A DNA stretch of 64,000 bases from Cyanobacteria bacterium P01_A01_bin.123 (lineage in GTDB: Bacteria > Cyanobacteriota > Cyanobacteriia > Phormidesmidales > Phormidesmidaceae): NCBI GenBank assembly GCA_039815185.1, contig JBCBZT010000008.1, positions 139,260 through 203,259 of the forward strand. The letters run 5' to 3'. Below, piece by piece: positions 17,491 to 27,290 of this stretch (the stretch's first letter is position 1; every line of letters starts with the position of its first letter). The notes under the pieces were generated by a model. The model saw only the letters and a program-made list of their open reading frames with translations, did no database searches and was not told the origin of the DNA. Both the position numbers and the translations under genes were made by a program.

Positions 17491-19914
17491 ATGATTCGGG
17501 ACGCGCTCGTTGTTGGCATTAATCACTATCAAAAGCTACCTAAGCTACAGTCTCCTGCTCACGATGCAGAAGCGATCGCGAGTTGTTTAGAAACTTATGG
17601 TGAGTTTCGAGTTCATCGTATGCCAGAGATAATTACTTCTCATCGTCCTAAAATTGGTCAACGAACAGAAGTCAGCACGCGCCAACTAGAAACCGCTTTG
17701 ATTAAGCTATTTAAGCCAGACGGCAAGTCTATTCCTCAAACAGCTATTTTTTACTTCTCTGGTCATGGTCTTCAAAGAAATGCAGGCATTCAAGAAGGAT
17801 ATCTTAGTACCAGTGAAGCGGATCCTGAAACTAGGCATTTTGGTGTATCACTATTTTGGTTACGGCGGCTTTTACAGGAAAGCCCAGTGCCTCAAAAAAT
17901 TATATGGTTAGACTGTTGCCACAGCGGCGAGTTGCTTAACTTTTTGGAAGTTGATCCTGGTGCACAATCCGGAAGAGATCGACTATTCATGGCAGCATCT
18001 CGGGAATATGAAGCAGCTTATGAATCATTGACATCTAATTACAGTGTCTTTACAAAGGCGCTGTTGAATGGTTTGAAGCCGCGATCAGATGGCCAGGATA
18101 TTATCACCAGCTACAGCTTGATGAAATCTGTTAGCAGTCAGTTAAAAGGAGAACTCCAGCAACCACTCTTTGAGGCATCTGGTAGTGAAATTATTCTTAC
18201 ACGAAGTACTAGTCGTGAAGCATTTTTGCCACCTGCATCTAACTCAACGCTGGATCGGCTAAAGCAACTCTCTCTCAAGTTCTGCCCCTTCCCAGGATTA
18301 AAGCCATTCTCAGAAAATCAAGGAGACTTTTTCTTTGGCCGGGAATTACTTACACAAGAACTGATACAGAATATTAAAAAAAATCGTTTCTGTACGATTG
18401 TTGGACCCTCTAATAGTGGAAAAACCTCTCTGTTGAAAGCAGGGCTTATCTATCAGCTGAAGCAACACCAGACAGAAAATCAAAAATGGGAGATCAGATA
18501 CTTAACGCCTACTCAATCACCACTGATGAGCCTAGCATCGGCATTCATAAATCCTACCTCTACCTGTGTAGCTCGAGCTGAGCAACTACACCAAGCTGAA
18601 GGTCTTATATTAGAGGAGGAACATGGCCTCAATAAGCTCGCTCAAGCAAGTCTGATCGACAATTCCCCTACTCAGACTTTTCTTCAGAGCAAAACATTAC
18701 TTCAGAGACCAGAGAGCCCTCAAGTTTTGCTGATTATTGATCATTTTGAAGAACTCTTCACGCTTTGCAAAGATGAAAATCAACGGCAGCAATTTATTGC
18801 CTGCCTTGTTAAGGCTATACAATCTCGCGAGACAAACTTACGTATTGTTTTTTCTATTCGAGACGACTATACCTTACCGCTTAGTTTTTACCCCAGACTC
18901 TTTAATTTAATGAATCAAAATAGCCTATATGTTCATGGTATGAATTATGAGCAAATTAAGTCGACCATTGTTGAACCTGCAAAGAAGCTTGATATAGAGT
19001 TTGAGCCGACTCTAGTCTGCAACATATTATTAGACATCGTAGGTACGCCTGGTGAACTAAGCTTAGTTCAGCTTTTACTAGAAAGACTTTGGTCTAAGCA
19101 AATCTTAGGCTTATCAGGTAATGCTAAACGAATAACACTACAACATTATGCTGACATAGGCGGTATTCATAGTGTAGTGAGTCAATACGCGACAGCTATT
19201 TATGAACAGCTATCTTTTGAGGAGCAGCAAGTCGCTCAGCGTATTTTTCTGTCGCTTTGTGAGATTAAAGAAGGCATGAAAAATAGTCAACGACGCATCA
19301 ATAAGCTAGAGCTTATTAACGAAAATTTTTCGGCTGATATTATTGAGCATACTCTTGAAAAACTTATTGATCTAAGATTAGTTGTGGTCGGGAAGGCAAA
19401 ACTTTGCAATGTTCCGTTAGAATCATTTTCTACAAACAACAAAACTGTCGAGACTGTAGATATAGTCCACGAATCTTTGGTTCAGCACTGGGCTTTGCTT
19501 TGCAGATGGATTCAGGAAAATCAGGAAATACTTCAGCGAAAGCGATGGCTAGAATCCGCAGCTCAAGAATGGTATCAGCAAGGAGGGTCAACTGATCCAG
19601 AGAGTCTTCTGGTTAAAAATCGTCTCTTGGCAGCGGAATTTCTTTTGAGAAATTATCCTACAGAATTATCTACCTTAGCAAAAGAGTACGTTAGAATTAG
19701 TCGCCGCACTCAAAAATATAAACATTGGAAAGTTGCTCTCCTAAGTTTTCTAATTCCTTGCTCTATAATAGCTGGCTTCGCATGGTTTTTAAGTACTCGC
19801 CAGGATAGCCAAGAGCTAGCAAACTCAGCAGTTAAAGCTGTTAACATAGTGAAAGATTTAGGTATGCCTAAAGGGGCAATATTGTGTTGTGCCGACGAGA
19901 TTGATTCCCTATAA
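17491..19914 (+). CDS. Caspase-like (peptidase C14) protease fused to STAND (nSTAND1-like) NTPase with C-terminal TM helix
   Basis: ALVVGIN, FSGHG and LDCCHSG (His/Cys dyad); CPFPGL..F...FFGRE; Walker A GPSNSGKT; Walker B LIIDHFEELF; VDIVHESL; hydrophobic helix near the C-terminus. Confidence 0.88.
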   Translation: MIRDALVVGINHYQKLPKLQSPAHDAEAIASCLETYGEFRVHRMPEIITSHRPKIGQRTEVSTRQLETALIKLFKPDGKSIPQTAIFYFSGHGLQRNAGIQEGYLSTSEADPETRHFGVSLFWLRRLLQESPVPQKIIWLDCCHSGELLNFLEVDPGAQSGRDRLFMAASREYEAAYESLTSNYSVFTKALLNGLKPRSDGQDIITSYSLMKSVSSQLKGELQQPLFEASGSEIILTRSTSREAFLPPASNSTLDRLKQLSLKFCPFPGLKPFSENQGDFFFGRELLTQELIQNIKKNRFCTIVGPSNSGKTSLLKAGLIYQLKQHQTENQKWEIRYLTPTQSPLMSLASAFINPTSTCVARAEQLHQAEGLILEEEHGLNKLAQASLIDNSPTQTFLQSKTLLQRPESPQVLLIIDHFEELFTLCKDENQRQQFIACLVKAIQSRETNLRIVFSIRDDYTLPLSFYPRLFNLMNQNSLYVHGMNYEQIKSTIVEPAKKLDIEFEPTLVCNILLDIVGTPGELSLVQLLLERLWSKQILGLSGNAKRITLQHYADIGGIHSVVSQYATAIYEQLSFEEQQVAQRIFLSLCEIKEGMKNSQRRINKLELINENFSADIIEHTLEKLIDLRLVVVGKAKLCNVPLESFSTNNKTVETVDIVHESLVQHWALLCRWIQENQEILQRKRWLESAAQEWYQQGGSTDPESLLVKNRLLAAEFLLRNYPTELSTLAKEYVRISRRTQKYKHWKVALLSFLIPCSIIAGFAWFLSTRQDSQELANSAVKAVNIVKDLGMPKGAILCCADEIDSL

Positions 19915-19989
19915 CGAGAGAAAGAGCTTAACAGGAGGGGCCATAGAAGAGAGGGCTCTGTTGCAAGTGAACCTCGAGCATTTGAGCTG

Positions 19990-20122
19990 GCGCGATGTGC
20001 GTTTAATCATTTGGCCCGTTGCCAAATACTCAGCAATACGGTCTGAAATCTCAAAATAGATCGCCCACGGTACTGATGCCTTTGAGCTGACAGTACGCCA
20101 CCAAGTCTTCTTTGAGCCAATA
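19990..20122 (-). pseudogene. Fragment of a SAP-like/DUF6434-type small protein gene
   Basis: YWLKEDLVAYCQLKGISTVG/FEISDRIAEYLATG with one frameshift, resembling YWLKEEL..FC...GIS.SGSK.EI.DRI..YL.TG; no start codon. Confidence 0.55.
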
Positions 20123-20124
20123 TC

Positions 20125-21087
20125 TTACGCGGTGGGTTTCAAAATATGTCCCATGGTTTCTCCATCCACGTTGCCACCGCTGAGAATCACTCCCACACGC
20201 CCTTGGGCTTGAACCACACCACTCAAAAGTGCGGCTAGTCCTAGCGCACCTGAAGGTTCTACCACAAGCTTCATACGATAGAAGAGAAACGCGACTGCCT
20301 GCATGATGGCTTGTTCTGAGACGGTTTGCATGTCGTCCACATATTCGAGGATCAGCGGGAAGGTGAGTGAGCCCAGTGATGGGGAGCGGGTACCGTCTGC
20401 AATGGTTGGAGGGTTTTTGACGCTCTGGAGTTGCCCACTGCGGAAGGAACGCGTCGCATCGTCTGCTAGTTCAGGCTCAACACCGATAACTCGGCAACTT
20501 GGGGTGAGATGTTTAGCCGCGATCGCGGAACCGCTCAATAATCCTCCTCCTCCACAAGGCACAAGTAGCGTATCGACAGCCACCTCGCTTAGAAGTTCTA
20601 GCGCCACCGTGCCTTGGCCCGCAATCACCTGGAGATGATTAAACGGTGGAATTAGGGTGTAGGGATGCTTTGCTTGGAGGGCAGATGCGGTTTCCTCACG
20701 AGTCGTCTTCTCAGGATCGTAAAGCACGACCTCCGCCCCATATTCCTGGGTTGCCAAGCGCTTTGTGGTCGGTGCATTGGTAGGCATCACAATCACGGTC
20801 TTGATGCCAAGCTCTCGTCCGACTCGGGCCACAGCTTGGGCATGATTGCCGGATGAGTAAGTGATGACGCCTTGATTGAGTTCAGCGGGGGAAAGTTGAG
20901 AAATGGCGTTGTATGCGCCTCTGAACTTAAACGCACCAATTTTTTGTAGGTTTTCACACTTGAAAAAGACTTCTGCGTCTAATCGTTCGTTGAGTGTACT
21001 TGAACTCACAATGGGTGTGATGTGGGCTTGATCTTTCAAACGTTGAGCCGCTTCAAGAATTTGGTCAATCATGGGGAGTCTGCTCAA
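20125..21087 (-). CDS. PLP-dependent serine/threonine dehydratase-like enzyme (threo-3-hydroxyaspartate ammonia-lyase type)
   Basis: KCENLQKIGAFKFRGA, SSGNHAQA, PCGGGGL, VVEPSGA, SGGNVD. Confidence 0.85.
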   Translation of the reverse strand: MSRLPMIDQILEAAQRLKDQAHITPIVSSSTLNERLDAEVFFKCENLQKIGAFKFRGAYNAISQLSPAELNQGVITYSSGNHAQAVARVGRELGIKTVIVMPTNAPTTKRLATQEYGAEVVLYDPEKTTREETASALQAKHPYTLIPPFNHLQVIAGQGTVALELLSEVAVDTLLVPCGGGGLLSGSAIAAKHLTPSCRVIGVEPELADDATRSFRSGQLQSVKNPPTIADGTRSPSLGSLTFPLILEYVDDMQTVSEQAIMQAVAFLFYRMKLVVEPSGALGLAALLSGVVQAQGRVGVILSGGNVDGETMGHILKPTA

Positions 21088-21099
21088 GGGATGTCAATC

Positions 21100-21170
21100 G
21101 ACAGCGCGGTGCGCTACAGCGATGCCCAGCAGCGCCCTACATTCAATGATTGTGTAGGGTCGCAGTGAGT
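21100..21170. repeat. GTAG-type REP-like palindromes
   Basis: Minus strand GTAGGGCGCTGCTGGGCATCGCTGTAGCGCACC, with a divergent GTAGGGTCGC on the plus strand. Confidence 0.45.
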
Positions 21171-21219
21171 AAAATTAGGTCAATGCAAGCCATAATACAG
21201 ACGATAAGGCATCACTAAG

Positions 21220-22191
21220 ATGGTTTCCTCACTAGCAGGGTTAGATATCTACGCTGAAGTACTGCAGGCGGAAAAGCGGATTCGCCCTCACATTCGGGAA
21301 ACCCCTCTACATTACTCGCTACCGCTAAGCCAACTCGGCAACTGTCAAGTCTTTCTCAAACTCGAAAACTTACAGCATACGGGGTCTTTCAAAGCCCGGG
21401 GGGCGATGAACAAACTCTTATCGTTGACGGCAGAACAGCGGCAGCAGGGGATTGTAACGGCCTCCTCAGGGAACCACGGTGCAGCTGTTGCCTTTGGTTT
21501 GAGTAGCGTAGATATCCCTGGCGTCATTTTTTTGCCCAAGGATGCGTCTTCCGCCAAAGTCAATGTAATTCGGCAACTGGGCGCGGACAGTCAATTCTAC
21601 GGTGACGATTGTGGCCTGACGGAAGCTTACGCTCGGCAATACGCGGGTGAACATGGCATGGTTTATATCTCACCCTATAATGATGCTCAAGTCCTGGCTG
21701 GGCAAGGCACGATTGCGGTGGAGCTGGCTCAGCAGCTTGAGCAAATTGATGCAGTCTTTGTCTCGGTGGGGGGTGGGGGCTTAATGAGCGGCATGGCTGG
21801 ATATCTGAAGTCTGAGTTGGAGGGGATTAAGATGATCGGCTGCTCTCCAGCGAATTCCCCGGTGATGGCTCGGTCTATCCAGGCGGGTCAGATTGTTGAG
21901 ATGGACTCGCTACCCACATTGTCGGATGGCACAGCAGGCGGCATCGAATCGGGCGCAATTACATTTGATCTGTGCCGCACGTTAATTGATGAATTTGTAC
22001 TCGTCACAGAAGCTGAAATTGAGGCTGCAATCCGGTTTGCCATTGAAACCCAGCATTTGTTGATTGAAGGTGCGGCAGGGGTTGCGATCGCATCCTTTCT
22101 CAAACAAAAAGAACGCTTTAGTGGCAAAACCGTTGTAATTGTGATTTGTGGGGCCAACATTAGCTTGGAGGCATTGAAACAGATTTTATAA
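21220..22191 (+). CDS. PLP-dependent threonine/serine dehydratase (no regulatory domain)
   Basis: KLENLQHTGSFKARGA, ASSGNHG, VGGGGL, CGANI. Confidence 0.85.
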   Translation: MVSSLAGLDIYAEVLQAEKRIRPHIRETPLHYSLPLSQLGNCQVFLKLENLQHTGSFKARGAMNKLLSLTAEQRQQGIVTASSGNHGAAVAFGLSSVDIPGVIFLPKDASSAKVNVIRQLGADSQFYGDDCGLTEAYARQYAGEHGMVYISPYNDAQVLAGQGTIAVELAQQLEQIDAVFVSVGGGGLMSGMAGYLKSELEGIKMIGCSPANSPVMARSIQAGQIVEMDSLPTLSDGTAGGIESGAITFDLCRTLIDEFVLVTEAEIEAAIRFAIETQHLLIEGAAGVAIASFLKQKERFSGKTVVIVICGANISLEALKQIL

Positions 22192-22199
22192 ACCCGATC

Positions 22200-22673
22200 T
22201 CACCATTCACGCCGCAGAATGCTGTAGAGATAGTCGTCCCATAACTTCCCTGCCAATTCATGATGTTCTCGTAACACACCATCTTTGTGAAATCCAAGTT
22301 TTTCAAGCAGCTTGATAGATGGTGTATTGAACGCAGCAGTCTGGCAATACAGCTTATTGAAATTTGTAGTTGAAAACAACTCACTGATTGCCAGTGTCAA
22401 CATTTGAGTACCAAGACCCCGTTCCCTGAAAGTCGGACTCACGATATATCCAAATTCAGCTGAGCGATTACGCGGATTAATATCAAAATAAACAAAGCGA
22501 CCTACAGGCTCATCAATGCCGTCGATGAAAAACGCTAGCGTAACCACCTCATCACTAGGTGGAATTCTCTTGCCATTTTGAATAGGGCGGCAGGTTCGTT
22601 CTTCAAGATGACTGAACTGGTTCCACTGGATAAACATCTGGAGATGTTCATTAGAGGCGGATTCAAGCTTCAT
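22200..22673 (-). CDS. GNAT N-acetyltransferase, RimJ/RimL-like
   Basis: AEFGYIVSPTFRERGLGT; N.PSIKLLEKLGF..DGVLREH. Confidence 0.88.
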   Translation of the reverse strand: MKLESASNEHLQMFIQWNQFSHLEERTCRPIQNGKRIPPSDEVVTLAFFIDGIDEPVGRFVYFDINPRNRSAEFGYIVSPTFRERGLGTQMLTLAISELFSTTNFNKLYCQTAAFNTPSIKLLEKLGFHKDGVLREHHELAGKLWDDYLYSILRREW

Positions 22674-22773
22674 GTACTATTCGATTGCTAATGACTACCA
22701 GTACTTTTAAAGTAAGCACTTATCTATCCATTTCTAATCTTCAAAAGCATCTATTTAATGTTTAACAGATCAC

Positions 22774-23466
22774 TTAAATCAATGCCAGATTTACCGCTGC
22801 TTCTGCATGAATAGCCGTAGTGTCAAACAAGGGGACATCCGTATGCTTTTGCTGAACCAGCATGACGATTTCCGTACAGCCTTCGATAATGCCTTCTGCA
22901 CCTTCCTGCTGCATGCGCGCCATGATTTGCAAATACGCTTGCCTTGACTCTTCTTTGACGATACCTAGGCAGAGTTCATCATAGATAATGCGATGCACAA
23001 TCTCACGATCGCTTTCAGCAGGGACAATTACATTCAAACCATGGCGTTCAATCAAGCGCCCTTTGTAAAAATCTTGTTCCATCGTAAACTTCGTGCCTAG
23101 CAAACCAACTGTCTTCATGCCTTTTTTCTTAATCTGTGCTGCTGTCGCATCCGCCAGATGGAGAATTGGAATGTTAATTCCACGTTCGATTTGAGGCGCG
23201 ACTTTGTGCATGGTATTCGTACAGATCAGCAGGAAATCTGCGCTAGCTGCCTCAATCTGCTGAGCTGCTGTTGTCAGCACCTCACCTGCAACATCCCATT
23301 GCCCCTGATGCTGTAGCACTTCAATTTCCTGAAAATTGACACTCACCATCGCAATTCGAGCTGAGTTTAAACCGCCTAGTTTCTTCTTGAACCCTTCATT
23401 AATCAATCGGTAATACAGTTCGGTGCTTTCCCAACTCATCCCGCCTAAAAGTCCAATTACTTTCAT
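22774..23466 (-). CDS. Aspartate/glutamate racemase family (YgeA-like)
   Basis: IGLLGGMSWEST, LICTNTMH, GCTEI, FDTTAIHA. Confidence 0.92.
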   Translation of the reverse strand: MKVIGLLGGMSWESTELYYRLINEGFKKKLGGLNSARIAMVSVNFQEIEVLQHQGQWDVAGEVLTTAAQQIEAASADFLLICTNTMHKVAPQIERGINIPILHLADATAAQIKKKGMKTVGLLGTKFTMEQDFYKGRLIERHGLNVIVPAESDREIVHRIIYDELCLGIVKEESRQAYLQIMARMQQEGAEGIIEGCTEIVMLVQQKHTDVPLFDTTAIHAEAAVNLALI

Positions 23467-23480
23467 TCAAGGCTTTCCTG

Positions 23481-23789
23481 TTACTTTGCGTAAAACCAAA
23501 ATTCAATTTCAGAGGTTGCCTGATCAAAGCGGGCAGCATGGGTTGTTTTGGCGGGCACATGGTACCACTCGCCCGTTTGATATCGGGTTTCCTGACCATC
23601 CAGAATCAGAATTAATTCGCCTTGGGTAATCACGCCAACATTGTCTGTATCGTGGTTATGGGGCGAAATAGTCGTTCCTGCGGGATAAGAGGCAAACAAA
23701 ACATCGCAGTCTTTGGCTGCTAACTTGAAAGCATCAAATGGGCCGTCGAACCGAGGGAGCGATCGCAGCTGGGGAGGAAAATGCATCAT
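23481..23789 (-). CDS. Cupin domain protein
   Basis: PHNHDTDNVGVITQGEL...WYHVPAKTTHAA. Confidence 0.85.
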   Translation of the reverse strand: MMHFPPQLRSLPRFDGPFDAFKLAAKDCDVLFASYPAGTTISPHNHDTDNVGVITQGELILILDGQETRYQTGEWYHVPAKTTHAARFDQATSEIEFWFYAK

Positions 23790-23822
23790 TGTTTATTATC
23801 ATGTATCAAGCTGGTGTAAACA

Positions 23823-24365
23823 ATGAATACTTATATCGCGCTTTTGAGAGGTATCAACGTTGGTGGTAAGCATAGACTCCCGATGGGAGAGCTAATAGAA
23901 ACACTCCAGGATCTAGACTTACACCATATCAAAACCTACATCCAGAGTGGAAATGTGGTTTTTCAGACTGATTCAGCTAATGCAACTGAACTGGGGAACA
24001 AAATCAGCGATGTTATCAGTAACACCCATGGGTTCAGACCCAACACATGCTTGCTCAAGTTAGATGAACTGGAACGCGCGATCGCATCCAACCCATTCCC
24101 AGAAGCAGAAGCAGAACCTAAAACACTACATTTTTATTTCTTGGCGTCCGTTCCCGAAGCGCCAAATCTGGATGCGCTTGAAAGCCTTGTGAAGAACAGC
24201 GAGCGATTTAAGCTCAAGGAGCAGGTTTTCTATCTCCACACACCGAATGGGATTGGACGCTCTAAGTTGGCGGCGCAGGTTGAGAAATTACTTGGGGTTG
24301 CGGCAACGGCGCGAAACTGGCGCACTGTCAGTCAAATTTTAACCCTGGCAAAGCAGCCGGACTGA
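23823..24365 (+). CDS. DUF1697 domain protein
   Basis: YIALLRGINVGG, TYIQSGNVVF, TARNWRTV. Confidence 0.92.
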   Translation: MNTYIALLRGINVGGKHRLPMGELIETLQDLDLHHIKTYIQSGNVVFQTDSANATELGNKISDVISNTHGFRPNTCLLKLDELERAIASNPFPEAEAEPKTLHFYFLASVPEAPNLDALESLVKNSERFKLKEQVFYLHTPNGIGRSKLAAQVEKLLGVAATARNWRTVSQILTLAKQPD

Positions 24366-24393
24366 TGATCTGCCCCGATGACTCAAGCCAGGG

Positions 24394-25965
24394 TCACGGT
24401 GATTTAAGGCTAGGCGTAATTTCAATCGGGGGTAGCGTCTGGGTTTCCCACTGACTGCCGTGTTTCTCAACGACGTACGGGCGTACCTTAAAACAGAGAG
24501 GCATCCCCGGCAACACATCAATTCTCAACGCTGAATAAGGGCGGCGTTTTCGGCTACCGTGACCGTTGCGACCCACAAACTGATGCGATCGCGCCACTTT
24601 GCAATCCTTCCCGGCGATCGTCTCTGTGAGAATGTCACCTTCAAAGCGTTGCCGTCGCAAACTAAAGCCGCTACCCCCGCAGATAACACAATGGGTGTGG
24701 GCATCGGCATAGCCAGTGTCTAAGGTTTGTAGATATTCAAAGCAGTGGGCATGGCCGTTGAGGATTAGATCAACCACCGGGCGATCGCCCTGCTTATCTC
24801 CTATGCTTTGCTGCACCTGATCAAATACCCGTCGCAGATGATGCCGCACGGCTAAGGTTTGCCCCTGATGCCACTTACTGGCCTCTGTCACATAGGGGGG
24901 ATGGTGAAAATAGATTACCCGCCCCCGCACACCCTCTGACTTCCAAGAATGGATCAAACGCTGCGTCAGCCAGTCAAGCTGCTCAAAATCAACAGTGCCG
25001 CTTTGCTGGCTGAGCTGCATGTCTAGATCTCGCAGCTGCTCATCAATTTGCTCAACTTTGACGTAGATCTCATCAACTCGATCGTCACTGGCCTGAAGCG
25101 ACAGCTGCTCTAGCTGCGCTTGTTTCTGAGTGAGCAACTGTTGCCGTTGGGCCATCAGCTGCTGTCGCTGCGTTCTGCCTTCGGGTGTTTGCGACAGGGG
25201 GATTGGTGAGTTAAACGTATTAGAATCTAGCGCAAAGAAATCGACCCCCCCCTGACGAAAAGTGTAGTACCGATTGGGCAATCGAGTAAATTGGCCCGAC
25301 TGATAACGTAAACATCGCCCGGTATCTGTCTTAGCCGTGTAGTGCTGTTTAAGATGGTCTTCAAGCTGAGTTGGGCTGTATCCCTTCAAGTAGTCTAAAA
25401 ATGCCCGCGCATAGACATCGCCCTGGTAAGAGCCACGCCAGCCATAGTCAATATCAATCTGCTGGCGAATTAAATCTTTCAAAGGCGACAGCAGTTTTGA
25501 TAAAATACCGTAGATTAGCGGGATATCGTAATAATCATGGTTGCCCAATACTGGCAGAAAAGGCAGCTTAAAAAGCATTTGATCATAGGCAATCTGCTCG
25601 GGAACCAAACCGCCTACTAGCCATTCTCGATAGGGCTTAATAAAGTTGTTGAAATATTGATCTTGAGAGCCCACTAGGTAGACCAGATCGCCTGTGTGTA
25701 AAACAAACCGACAGCGATCGCTGTTGGCCATGATCCACTCAGCAACGCGCCGCTGGGGATTATCGCCCCGATGATCCCCTGTCCCACTATCTCCTAATAC
25801 TAAAAAAGAGAATTCATCCGTAGGACTATCCTCTGTCGACTCGGTTTCTAAAACTAAACGAGTCTGATCAATCCCTCGCTTTAGAAATTCAGGATGCTGC
25901 CACCGCACGCGTTGTTTCATGCGGTCGATTTTGACTGTGGTAGCGGGATCAGAGGCGAACTGCAT
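24394..25965 (-). CDS. Calcineurin-like metallophosphoesterase with coiled-coil insert
   Basis: GDSG, HTGDLVY, GNHDY, HHPPY, GHAH; likely start MQFASDP. Confidence 0.88.
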   Translation of the reverse strand: MQFASDPATTVKIDRMKQRVRWQHPEFLKRGIDQTRLVLETESTEDSPTDEFSFLVLGDSGTGDHRGDNPQRRVAEWIMANSDRCRFVLHTGDLVYLVGSQDQYFNNFIKPYREWLVGGLVPEQIAYDQMLFKLPFLPVLGNHDYYDIPLIYGILSKLLSPLKDLIRQQIDIDYGWRGSYQGDVYARAFLDYLKGYSPTQLEDHLKQHYTAKTDTGRCLRYQSGQFTRLPNRYYTFRQGGVDFFALDSNTFNSPIPLSQTPEGRTQRQQLMAQRQQLLTQKQAQLEQLSLQASDDRVDEIYVKVEQIDEQLRDLDMQLSQQSGTVDFEQLDWLTQRLIHSWKSEGVRGRVIYFHHPPYVTEASKWHQGQTLAVRHHLRRVFDQVQQSIGDKQGDRPVVDLILNGHAHCFEYLQTLDTGYADAHTHCVICGGSGFSLRRQRFEGDILTETIAGKDCKVARSHQFVGRNGHGSRKRRPYSALRIDVLPGMPLCFKVRPYVVEKHGSQWETQTLPPIEITPSLKSP

Positions 25966-26050
25966 TATTTGAGCATATCGAATAAGGAGGGGCAATGCAT
26001 GTATTGTTGGCTTCAGCGCCTCAAGATTCTATTGATGGCAAGTAGTGTCT

Positions 26051-26158
26051 GAAGACTACAACGCCGCAGATCTGCAAAGGTTTTGGCAAGTGGCATCTGG
26101 CCAATATTCCTATACCGTGATGACCACTGACGGAACAAGGATTCTAGAACGATCGTGA
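26051..26158 (+). pseudogene. Orphan 3' fragment paralogous to the 29953-30756 gene
   Basis: EDYNAADLQRFWQVASGQYSYTVMTTDGTRILERS* versus EDYNANDLQRFWQVTSSQYRYAVVNTDGTLVLERE*; in-frame stop just upstream. Confidence 0.8.
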
Positions 26159-26227
26159 AGGCGTCTGACGACCAGTTGAGCCTAAATCCGTCTAATATCA
26201 AATCTCAGCAGTGCGGCTACAGATATT

Positions 26228-26301
26228 GAAGATCCCCCGCTATCGCCGCACCCTTGCAAAGGAGGCTATCCCAAGCGGTTTAAGGGGGGAAGGGGGGATC
26301 T
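26228..26301. repeat. Cyanobacterial REP-like palindromic element
   Basis: AGATCCCCC...CCCTTGCAAAGG...TAAGGGGGGAAGGGGGGATCT with inverted ends. Confidence 0.5.
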
Positions 26302-26424
26302 TGCTAGCTTCTAAACGTAGTTCAGTTGATGAGGTCGGGCGCGGCAAGGCTCAGCCATAAAGCTTTTCGCGTTTAATTGATGACACGCCCTAGCCTTATC
26401 ACGCTAGAAAACGTGATCACATCC

Positions 26425-27234
26425 TCAAGTAGTCATGTTACCCATAGCACTTTTGGCCGCTTCAAATCGACTATTCACGCCTTCCCAATTCACCACATTC
26501 CACCAAGCATCGAGATAATCTCCCCGGCGATTTTGGTATTTCAGATAGTAGGCGTGTTCCCAGACATCGTTACCCATGATGGGATAGTCACCGTCGAGAA
26601 AAGGGCTATCTTGGTTCGCTGTGCTGGTGATTTCTAGGGTGCCATCTTGATTGAGAATCAGCCAGGCCCAACCACTGCCAAATTGGCCTGATCCAGCAGC
26701 GTTGAATGCTTGCTGAAAGGTTGCAAAATCTCCAAAGGTGTCGTTGATTGCCTCAGCGATCGCGCCCGTTGGCATCCCAGTGCCATTGGGTGTCATGATT
26801 TCCCAAAACATCGTGTGGTTGGCATGACCGCCACCATTTTTGCGTACGGTGTTGCGGATATCTTCTGGAACGGCATCTAGATCTCTCAGCAGATCCTCCA
26901 CCGACTTGCCACTGAGGTCGGGATGTTGTGCGATCGCCCCATTCAAGTTGCGCACATAACCCGCATGGTGCCGATCATGGTGGATAGTCATGGTTTGCGT
27001 ATCGATGTAGGGCTCCAAAGCCTCATAGGCATAGGGGAGCGGGGGCAGTTCAAATTCTGCAGCCTGGGCCATCGCCACGAGGCTGGTTTCAGCCATGTTG
27101 ACAGTAGGATTTTGGCCCCCTTGCCCCATAGGGGCTGCAATGCCATCTGCGGCGCGAAAACTGCCCCATACCAGCAGCGTCGTGAGCGCCAGTGAAACTA
27201 TAAACCCAGAAAAGCGTTTGATATTCATAATCAA
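26425..27234 (-). CDS. sodA: Superoxide dismutase [Mn] with N-terminal signal/membrane anchor
   Basis: [48 protein letters not shown]; hydrophobic N-terminal extension. Confidence 0.9.
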   Translation of the reverse strand: MIMNIKRFSGFIVSLALTTLLVWGSFRAADGIAAPMGQGGQNPTVNMAETSLVAMAQAAEFELPPLPYAYEALEPYIDTQTMTIHHDRHHAGYVRNLNGAIAQHPDLSGKSVEDLLRDLDAVPEDIRNTVRKNGGGHANHTMFWEIMTPNGTGMPTGAIAEAINDTFGDFATFQQAFNAAGSGQFGSGWAWLILNQDGTLEITSTANQDSPFLDGDYPIMGNDVWEHAYYLKYQNRRGDYLDAWWNVVNWEGVNSRFEAAKSAMGNMTT

Positions 27235-27290
27235 TCGAATCTAGTCAAGATGTTACAAGTCGGTCTTATCACATCACGTGACCTAAAAGA

